From Thermoplasmatota archaeon (GTDB lineage: Archaea; Thermoplasmatota; Penumbrarchaeia; Penumbrarchaeales; Penumbrarchaeaceae): 64,000 nucleotides of DNA. This document shows positions 56,860 through 64,000 of this stretch, piece after piece; position 1 is the stretch's first letter, and each line of letters opens with the position of its first letter. The DNA lies in the NCBI GenBank assembly GCA_016928095.1, contig JAFGLL010000005.1, positions 1,102-65,101 on the forward strand, in the 5' to 3' direction. Made by a program: the position numbers and the translations under genes. The notes beneath the pieces are model-generated. The model was not told where the DNA came from, searched no databases, and saw only the letters and a list, made by a program, of their open reading frames with translations.

Positions 56860-58434
56860 TCAGAAGCTCATGGCACCCACTCCCCAGTCGGGATGCTGCC
56901 TTATGGATGCATCGATCGGAAGATAATATATCCGGTACTCGTGGACATCGGGATCGAGGAAGTGGTCCTCCTGCTCTATGATGGCCTTAATACGGTAGTT
57001 CGTTTCGACGAAATCCACGAAACCCTCCATTTCCTGTATGCGGTAGGTGATCACCACGGCTTCCACCGCGAACTCGATACAGGTCTTGTTGAGCTCGTCA
57101 TCCGTTATGTAAGGATACTGCAGGACGGCCACGTTCACCAGGTTCGGGGGAACGGGGCGGTAAGCCTTGACCGGTACGAGCGGGTCCCCCGATATGACAA
57201 AATCGTTCTCGTCGGTGATCTCCATCAATATGTCAGCTGCACGATCATCTATGGACCGGCCGCTCTCCTTCACCAACCATGAGAAACCGCCACCGATGAC
57301 CGCGGCGAAGAGAATGAGACCGACCTCGGTGTAGATGAGCATCCTTCGGGTTGCCCTCGGATGCCTGCTGATATACTTCTTTTTCGAAAGCCATCTTGTG
57401 AAATTGATGATGCCCACACCCGCAGTGAGCGATATCGCGGGGGACAAAAAGATGAGATGGTGTATCCAGGTGGTCGCCTGGAATATGAACCACAGCAGAT
57501 ACACGCCGGAAATTATCAGTATCACCCCTTCAGGTCTTCTATAGAGGGACCTTAACCCGAATGGTAGGAATGGGATCGCACCGGCGTTCAGAAGGAGGAA
57601 CAATCCGAAAAATGAAAGCTTGGTGCTGAAGGGGGAGATCGGTCTGCCGAGCTGATTGAACAATACTCCCTGGATCACCTCTCCCACCCCGTACCTTGCC
57701 ATGATGAAAAGGATTATGAGTGTGAACGATAGGGAGAACAGGAGTATATGCTCTATCCTGACCTTCGCCTTCTTTGGAGGCGTGAACCGGTCAAGTCCGA
57801 ACCTCCTGGCTGCTTCCCATCCGGACACCCAGTCATACACGAGGATGAGGCCTGCCGCCCCTGCAGCCAGGACACCGAACAATTTGACCATCGAAGCGAC
57901 CGCCATCATAGCACCCAGAAGGAAAAGGGACCTCTTCTCCCCGCTTTGTCTGAACTTGACCAGCGAAGCGACCCCCATGGATACCCAGAAAAGGCAGAAC
58001 ATATCAAGCGATGCCAACCTGGCCTCGTGGAGGAACATGATGTCCAGGGCGGCAAAGGCCCCTGCGGCGACCATGACATGCCTGCCGCCTATCCTGAAGC
58101 CCACCCACATTACAAAGGCCATTACCACAAGCGAGGACAGTGTCGAAAAAAGCCTGAATATCACCGGATCGGCCTCGATGATACTGTAGACCGTCAACAT
58201 CAGCGGAGCCTGGACCGTGTTTATCTGGGAGTACAGCTCGTAGCCGAAATTGTACATCCTCCCTGCCATGATGTCTATTCCTTCGTCGACCCCGTTCGGA
58301 AGGAGCCCTTTTGAGATGTAGAACACCCTTGGGATCGTTGCTATTAGCAGGATGATCGCGGCAAGGACCATGTTGCTGTGTCTGGAATGGATTATACTAT
58401 CTTGGAACCTGAGGAAGGCGGAGGTCTTCTCCAT
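56860..58434 (-). CDS. GT-C fold glycosyltransferase (GT39/PMT- or ArnT-like, polyprenyl-phosphate-sugar dependent)
   Basis: ATG verified at 58434. ~12 TM helices. First extracytoplasmic loop carries acidic residues (NGVDEGIDIM). C-terminal soluble domain. The track ORF extends to 58986 at a non-ATG start. Confidence 0.5.
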   Translation of the reverse strand: MEKTSAFLRFQDSIIHSRHSNMVLAAIILLIATIPRVFYISKGLLPNGVDEGIDIMAGRMYNFGYELYSQINTVQAPLMLTVYSIIEADPVIFRLFSTLSSLVVMAFVMWVGFRIGGRHVMVAAGAFAALDIMFLHEARLASLDMFCLFWVSMGVASLVKFRQSGEKRSLFLLGAMMAVASMVKLFGVLAAGAAGLILVYDWVSGWEAARRFGLDRFTPPKKAKVRIEHILLFSLSFTLIILFIMARYGVGEVIQGVLFNQLGRPISPFSTKLSFFGLFLLLNAGAIPFLPFGLRSLYRRPEGVILIISGVYLLWFIFQATTWIHHLIFLSPAISLTAGVGIINFTRWLSKKKYISRHPRATRRMLIYTEVGLILFAAVIGGGFSWLVKESGRSIDDRAADILMEITDENDFVISGDPLVPVKAYRPVPPNLVNVAVLQYPYITDDELNKTCIEFAVEAVVITYRIQEMEGFVDFVETNYRIKAIIEQEDHFLDPDVHEYRIYYLPIDASIRQHPDWGVGAMSF

Positions 58435-58651
58435 TTCGAGATCGTTGTCATCGACCGCCAAGTAACGACCCGGAGTCCCAACCCGTTCGGGGTTATTTCT
58501 GTTTTGGTATATACCCCCCAAGGACAAGGGGGCCAACGTCCAATAACTGTTCCACATGCTATATAACGGCACAAGGATATGAGGCCTTGCAGAGGGTCCC
58601 AGCTCGGAGCATCGGTTCCAGGGGTCGGGACACATCACAGGGGTCTTTCGT

Positions 58652-61600
58652 ATGGAGCTTGGCAATAGCAATACAGGAAAGGATAGGACAAAGATGCTGG
58701 TCATGGCACTTATTACAATGGGATTCGTGCTCCTTCTGGTCGTCCCATTGCTCGGGGTGCTGATACTCAATGATGAGGAAGGACCCGGCGATGACATCAT
58801 GTATGTGGACCAGAAAGGAGCCGTGACCGGTGATGCTTCAATGAGTTCCGCATCCAGAGAGGCCTGGGAAAGGTATCTCGAAACCGCCCCGTCGGTCAAG
58901 CTGGAACCCCAGGGGATGAGGACAGACATAGAGGAAAGGGATCTCCAACTTCTCGATGATCTGCCCGGGAGTGTCACGGACAACACGGATTACGAGGAGC
59001 CTCCGGTTCCTGGAAGCTATGATGACCAGGAAACCGGGGCCCCGGGCGAGATGAGCAACGATAGGGAGGCCGATGATGATGATTCGAAAGCCTCCGAAGA
59101 GAGGGAGGTCGAGGAGGCAGATATCGTCAGGTCCGTTGGCGATCGTATCTACGTTCTGAACAATTACATGGGTTTCCTCTCCGTCAATATGGAGGAACCG
59201 TCCGCCCCGTACATCGAGGGCAGGACACCGGTCCTTGGAACCCCGGTGAGCATGTATATAGTTGATTTCCTGGGCTTTGTAATAGCATCGAACGCCCCGG
59301 CCCTTGACGGGTCCGCGGGAGGCTCATCCGGCAGGTTGTACATACTCGACCTCACGGACAATACCGATCCGAGGATAGTGAAGACCGTGGAGCTGGATGG
59401 TTATCCTCTGGACAGCAGAAGGGTGGGCGAGGTGATATATGTCGTGACCAATGACTATGATTATTATTACGGGAACGGGATCTGGTGGGATGGAGCTGTT
59501 CGGGGCATCGAAGCGGATATGGCAATGGTGGAGGATCTTGATATTGACACCATGGAGGATGGCACGACCACCACGATAGTTTCCATAAGCTTCCGGAACC
59601 CTGAAAGCCTTGGAGAGGTGGATAGGGAGGAGATCCCCGGAGACTCCGGGAAGATCCACGCAAGCCAGTTCGCGATCTTTATCCCTCAGATAAAAGGAGA
59701 CTGGGATTCACCCGAAACGAAGTTCACATATGTTGATATCTCCGACCCTGAGGGGAGCATCAGGATAAAAGGCTCCATAACGATCCCCGGATATCTGGTG
59801 GACAGATACCAGATGGACCATTACAGGGGGATGTTCAGGGTCGTCACCCAGGAGAACCCGGACTGGGAAGAGACGGGGGATGTGTTCCCTTCATCCACCC
59901 TCTATGTGGTGGATGCACGGGACCCTGATGACATGGATATCATTGCCGACCTTTTGATAGACGATGAGGGGAACCTTATGGCTACAAGGTTCGAGGGCGA
60001 CCGTGCCTATACCATCCACCTCCCGGAATCGCTAGATCCGCTGGATGTGATCGACCTTGAATATCCGGATGACCCCAGATTGACCGACGTCCTGGAAATA
60101 CCGGGATGGGTCGAGCACATGGAGGTCCTAGGTTACAATATAATCGCCATCGGTGTGGACAACGAGGAAGGGCAGAAGGTCGCACTCTACCTCTTCGATG
60201 TCAACGACCCTGAGAACGCTATCCTGGAGGACCGCGTCGTCATTGGCGACGGTTACACGTACTCCGAAGCTAACTGGGACCCCAAGGCCTTGACGATCCT
60301 CGAGGATGAGAAGCTCGTGGTCCTTCCATACTCGAGCTACAGCTGGGGGTGGCTGGGAACGTCGGAGTACGGTGTCCAGCTTGTCTCCTACGACCTGGAA
60401 AAGGGAAACCTGGAAGCGAGGGGAAAGATAACCGGCACCTCACCTGTCACCCGGTCCAGGTCGGTGAACGGCAACCTGGTGACCACATCCGACAGGGTTC
60501 TCCAATCCATAGATCACAGTGATCCTGACCAACCTGTGTTGGAGGCTGTCCTGGACCTTGCAACCAATGTCAAGGATGCGTTCATCCAGGACAACAAGAT
60601 AGTTTCCCTCATCATGCCCGACTGGTCAAGCACCGGTGCCAAGATAAGGGTCTCCGAGATAGCGACACCTTACGATCCCGTTCTGGAGCTCGGGCCTGAA
60701 GGTCTGCAGTTCGAGGATATCAGGAGATCGGGGAGCATGGTCTTTATAAAAGGTATCAGACAGGGTCCAGATGTGGAGGATGGCCCTTACTGGGAGCTTT
60801 ATGCCTACGATATGACCGATCCTACGTCACCCGTAGAATTCAGGAAGGCCAGGACCGCCATACCGTATGAATACACCTCGGAAGCATTTTACGGGGAGCC
60901 CGAGATCATCCGGATGGACGAGAATAACTTCACAACGACGATAGATGATGGAGTACCGATCGAATACGTTAACTACGACCCTTACTCATGGACGATCATC
61001 GACGGTCCTGCAGTGGCGGTCTATCTGTCATATTACTACTATGGAGGATATTACAAGGAGGAGAGCAGACCATCGGGAACGACCGAGAGGGTCACGATCT
61101 TCCGATGGGGATCGGCCACGGAAGTGGAAAGACGGTCCATCGACCTCCCTGTCGATACCAACATCAACCACATTGTCGGTGGGTGGGACGGTGTCTATAT
61201 CCAATCCTACGATCGGTACTATGGAATGGACCTGACGAGGGTGGAATTCTACAGAGGCGTACCCGTGGTCACGGACAACCTCAGCGTCCAGGGGAGGCTG
61301 ATTGGTATGTCGGACGATATGGACCTGGTCTATACGGCCCTCGATTACTGGTGGGAGAACGACCAGCATAACACGATCAACGTCTACGATGTCTCATCGG
61401 GGTCCGCGGAATTCGTCATGGGGGTGGACCTCGGACAGTATTACGATAGGATCGACTTCCAGGGAGACAGGATCGTGGTCATATCCCAAGATCACGGTTA
61501 CCCCTATTACTATGAGGATAACATTGCGGAACCAACGATCCGCGAAGGAGCGGAGCCTTCCGAAGGGGGATCCTCGGACGAGAAGGTATCTTCCGACACG

Positions 61601-61906
61601 GATGCTCCTCAGGAGTGGATCGAACCCGAATACAAGACGACCGTCCATGTCATCGGACTGGTGGATGGTGTCTTCGAGACGCACGATACCTTCACGGTCG
61701 AAGGCATCTACTACTCGAGCATCGTCCTTGATGACATGGTCCTCCTTAACAGGGACTTCACCCTTCTGGGCATCTCCCTGTCCGGGGAGGGTCTTGAAGA
61801 GGTCGGTCCCTGGTCCGTTCATGGCTACATCCAGGGCGGTGATGTCTCCGGAGACCGACTGGTGCTCGCAATGGGAAATTGGGGTATAGAGACCGTCGAG
61901 CTCTGA
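58652..61906 (+). CDS. Secreted beta-propeller-domain protein (Beta_propel-like family), 1084 aa
   Basis: N-terminal TM/signal LVMALITMGFVLLLVVPLLGVLIL. Acidic linker. Repeated hydrophobic and YxxD-rich beta-strand blades. No C-terminal anchor. An alternative ATG lies at 58694. Confidence 0.45.
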   Translation: MELGNSNTGKDRTKMLVMALITMGFVLLLVVPLLGVLILNDEEGPGDDIMYVDQKGAVTGDASMSSASREAWERYLETAPSVKLEPQGMRTDIEERDLQLLDDLPGSVTDNTDYEEPPVPGSYDDQETGAPGEMSNDREADDDDSKASEEREVEEADIVRSVGDRIYVLNNYMGFLSVNMEEPSAPYIEGRTPVLGTPVSMYIVDFLGFVIASNAPALDGSAGGSSGRLYILDLTDNTDPRIVKTVELDGYPLDSRRVGEVIYVVTNDYDYYYGNGIWWDGAVRGIEADMAMVEDLDIDTMEDGTTTTIVSISFRNPESLGEVDREEIPGDSGKIHASQFAIFIPQIKGDWDSPETKFTYVDISDPEGSIRIKGSITIPGYLVDRYQMDHYRGMFRVVTQENPDWEETGDVFPSSTLYVVDARDPDDMDIIADLLIDDEGNLMATRFEGDRAYTIHLPESLDPLDVIDLEYPDDPRLTDVLEIPGWVEHMEVLGYNIIAIGVDNEEGQKVALYLFDVNDPENAILEDRVVIGDGYTYSEANWDPKALTILEDEKLVVLPYSSYSWGWLGTSEYGVQLVSYDLEKGNLEARGKITGTSPVTRSRSVNGNLVTTSDRVLQSIDHSDPDQPVLEAVLDLATNVKDAFIQDNKIVSLIMPDWSSTGAKIRVSEIATPYDPVLELGPEGLQFEDIRRSGSMVFIKGIRQGPDVEDGPYWELYAYDMTDPTSPVEFRKARTAIPYEYTSEAFYGEPEIIRMDENNFTTTIDDGVPIEYVNYDPYSWTIIDGPAVAVYLSYYYYGGYYKEESRPSGTTERVTIFRWGSATEVERRSIDLPVDTNINHIVGGWDGVYIQSYDRYYGMDLTRVEFYRGVPVVTDNLSVQGRLIGMSDDMDLVYTALDYWWENDQHNTINVYDVSSGSAEFVMGVDLGQYYDRIDFQGDRIVVISQDHGYPYYYEDNIAEPTIREGAEPSEGGSSDEKVSSDTDAPQEWIEPEYKTTVHVIGLVDGVFETHDTFTVEGIYYSSIVLDDMVLLNRDFTLLGISLSGEGLEEVGPWSVHGYIQGGDVSGDRLVLAMGNWGIETVEL

Positions 61907-61951
61907 TCATGGTCCAATAGACCTATTAACCCCAAGGAAGCTTCGGAACCG

Positions 61952-62944
61952 ATGACGGATGAGACCGTTCCGGGAGAGTTCGGGAGGTTAAAGAGGGCTT
62001 TCTTGCGGTTGAGCGACTTACCCGCAGTGAAGTACCTGAAATGGTCCAGATACACCAAGGGTGCATACAAGAAAATGTGGAAGGGGTTGTTGAAGTCACT
62101 CAAAGGCATCGCCTATATCATGATCCTGCTCTATTCCGTTCGGGAAATACCTGATCTGCCCCTCGGAATGGGTGTCCTGGTGATCCTTATCGGATTGAAG
62201 GGTGTCTACAATGTGGCAAGGGGCATCCAGATGTCCCGCAAGGCCAGATCGATGGCGGAAAAGAGCAAAGGTCCAAGGGACGAGCGCAGATGGCGGTACT
62301 TCATGTTATGGACGCACTCGACGGTCCTGATAGCCCTTGTTTCACTCAGCTTCTTGTTCATTGTCGAGCATTTCAAAGCTCCTCAGGTAATAAGGGGTGA
62401 CCACCCCTGGTATATGTGGCCTTTTATCTACACTGCGATATGGATCGTCTGGTCCGTTGTCACCAGATCGATGGTGATCGGGGGTGCACGGGCGTTCAAA
62501 GTTGGGGATAGACTTGCCAAGGTCCACCATGACAGAAAGATGCTTGCAGATGTCATCGGGAAGGACCGGAACGGGCGCTTCATTCTGGCATCAGTATATG
62601 TTCCCCTGTTCGGCCTGGCCTTCATGGTCATCCTGATCATTTTCGCAAAGGTGCTGCTGCGCTTCCTCCTCGAGAAAGTGTTCGAGATCGAGAATGCCAC
62701 CTCCATCGGTGAGGAGATGACGAGGATGGCATTCGGGTCCGGTTTCACCCTGTCGGACATAGACCCGTTCTTCGGAACGTGGTTCGGGCCTCTCATCCTC
62801 TATCTGGTCGTTGTGTTCCTGATATGCGTGTTCGCCTATCTCAGGTCCTTCGCGATGATCAGGGCGAATTACAGGAACAGGTTCCATTCGCATCTTGGCC
62901 GGAGGATCGTGCTCGCGAACGAGCTGAAGAAGCAGTTCAAGTGA
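61952..62944 (+). CDS. Multi-pass membrane protein, hypothetical
   Basis: 330 aa. ~6 predicted TM helices interspersed with basic loops. No recognisable motifs. Confidence 0.45.
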   Translation: MTDETVPGEFGRLKRAFLRLSDLPAVKYLKWSRYTKGAYKKMWKGLLKSLKGIAYIMILLYSVREIPDLPLGMGVLVILIGLKGVYNVARGIQMSRKARSMAEKSKGPRDERRWRYFMLWTHSTVLIALVSLSFLFIVEHFKAPQVIRGDHPWYMWPFIYTAIWIVWSVVTRSMVIGGARAFKVGDRLAKVHHDRKMLADVIGKDRNGRFILASVYVPLFGLAFMVILIIFAKVLLRFLLEKVFEIENATSIGEEMTRMAFGSGFTLSDIDPFFGTWFGPLILYLVVVFLICVFAYLRSFAMIRANYRNRFHSHLGRRIVLANELKKQFK

Positions 62945-64000
62945 TCATTCCCAATCAGCTTCTTCCTCATCCTCTTCCCATTCCATCCCGGCATTCTCGA
63001 GGTCCATACCGGAAGTCCTTCTGTATATCCTCACCAGCATGAACACCGTGAGCAGGACCATCCCTATCCCGGCGATCGATGCTATCAGGATCGGTAATGG
63101 ATCGATGCGGGAGAACAGAGCAGCCGCTCCCTTCTCCTCGACCTTCACTGTAAGGTTCAACCGCTCCGCCGGGATATCCCCGTTGGAACCCACCCATATC
63201 AATATATGATACTCCCCTACAATGATGTCCCCGGGGACATCGATGATGACCTGGAATGTCCTGTTATCACCCGGGTCTATCCTGTTGAAATTGGACGAGG
63301 AGAGCGATATCCATTCTTCCATGTACGAGGAGGAGGATATCCCTATATCGACACTGTCGATCGCGTTGCCCATGTTCCAGACAGTAACATCGAATTGAAC
63401 CATCTTTCCGGGACGCGTCCTGACCACCAAGTCCTGCAGGTCCGCCTCAATGATGAGGGAATAGACCTCATCGACGAAGATGGTCCTCTCGTAGTTCCTG
63501 AAGGTCCCCGCACCCTCGCTCCGAACGCTCAGCGAGAGGATGTAACTTCCCGCTAATGTCTCTTCGGGTATATCCAGTGTAATGCCGATCCGGCCCGACA
63601 TTGATGAGTTGAGGCTCATGTTCGTCATCGAGAGACTTACAGGCCATCCCTTTTCCATGGAGGCGTTGATGAAGAAAAGATCATTCGTATTCCCGAGGTT
63701 CCACAGGTCGAGCACGGCCTCAAACGTACTTCCGGGCAACACCTCCGGTCCAAAGAACTCTCCCCGAAGGTCGAACCCGAAGCTTTTTCTGATCTCCACG
63801 AGAAGGTCGACCGACCGGGGCATTCCACCGGACCATGGTGAGACCTCAACGGAGAAAAGGTATGTCCCGTTCTCGGGGAATTCCGATGTGATATCCAGGT
63901 AGACCCTTTTCCAGGAACCCTTTGCGACGCTGAACGACCGTGGGTTAAGTGCAATGGTCCAGTTGCCCTCGGGAAACGCGGTCATGGTGAGATTGTACTG
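62945..64000 (-). CDS. Surface protein with C-terminal TM anchor and acidic tail; N-terminus outside the window
   Basis: Frame is open to the window edge. Beta-rich ectodomain with NxS/T sequons. TM LPILIASIAGIGMVLLTVFML. Tail MEWEEDEEEADWE. No signal peptide after M at 63985, so the true start is probably upstream. Confidence 0.5.
   Translation of the reverse strand, partial: QYNLTMTAFPEGNWTIALNPRSFSVAKGSWKRVYLDITSEFPENGTYLFSVEVSPWSGGMPRSVDLLVEIRKSFGFDLRGEFFGPEVLPGSTFEAVLDLWNLGNTNDLFFINASMEKGWPVSLSMTNMSLNSSMSGRIGITLDIPEETLAGSYILSLSVRSEGAGTFRNYERTIFVDEVYSLIIEADLQDLVVRTRPGKMVQFDVTVWNMGNAIDSVDIGISSSSYMEEWISLSSSNFNRIDPGDNRTFQVIIDVPGDIIVGEYHILIWVGSNGDIPAERLNLTVKVEEKGAAALFSRIDPLPILIASIAGIGMVLLTVFMLVRIYRRTSGMDLENAGMEWEEDEEEADWE

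Noticed and set aside
58435-58986. N-terminal 184-codon extension of the GT-C glycosyltransferase ORF
   Set aside because: The extension is Ser/Pro-rich and non-membrane, and it starts at a non-ATG codon. ATG 58434 begins just before the first TM helix, as expected for the GT39/ArnT family.

Overview
This looks like an archaeal chromosomal segment: about 57% GC, archaeal type-II GAPDH, SepRS, Nep1, a diphthamide synthase (Dph2) fragment, TATA-like promoters and GGAGGTG Shine-Dalgarno sites. It mixes housekeeping genes with an unusually dense set of giant membrane-anchored surface proteins.

Housekeeping and metabolic genes:
- partial Dph2 C-terminus at the window start
- gap (archaeal GAPDH)
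- O-phosphoseryl-tRNA synthetase (SepRS)
- bacterial-type RecJ
- a translin-like protein
- Nep1 rRNA methyltransferase and two HAD hydrolases
- tRNA-Arg(CCT)
- an SPFH (stomatin-like) protein
- a 4-hydroxybutyryl-CoA dehydratase family gene next to an AMP-forming acyl-CoA synthetase
- an F420-type FrhB/FqoF-family Fe-S protein and a metallo-beta-lactamase (MBL)-fold hydrolase
- an ABC exporter (permease, ATPase, permease) and a DMT transporter
- an SNF-family Na+ symporter overlapping an M14 carboxypeptidase gene

Surface proteome: at least eleven very large type-I or membrane-anchored surface proteins of 400 to 2005 aa. Their domains include cadherin-like repeats, a right-handed beta-helix, Ig-like tandem repeats, BNR/Asp-box propellers, FG-GAP integrin-like propellers, thrombospondin type-3 (TSP3) calcium-binding repeats, a gingipain-like peptidase and a secreted beta-propeller. 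They are rich in N-glycosylation sequons, and a GT-C glycosyltransferase lies among them.

The most unusual locus is 34.5-45.9 kb on the minus strand. Two giant receptors, one integrin-like (2005 aa) and one TSP3-repeat (1060 aa), each end in a transmembrane helix, a cytoplasmic CPxC...CxxCG zinc ribbon and a polyacidic tail. Between them lies a cytoplasmic protein with four zinc ribbons, five KPLKKKH repeats and a ~94-residue near-pure Glu/Asp tract, interrupted by an apparent frameshift at an A10 homopolymer. A DUF2085 membrane protein sits alongside.

The gene content (M14 carboxypeptidase, gingipain-like clan CD peptidase, amino-acid symporter, SepRS, F420-type subunit) suggests a peptide-scavenging sediment euryarchaeon (Thermoplasmatota-like). 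This is inference only. No CRISPR arrays, rRNA genes or obvious mobile elements were seen.
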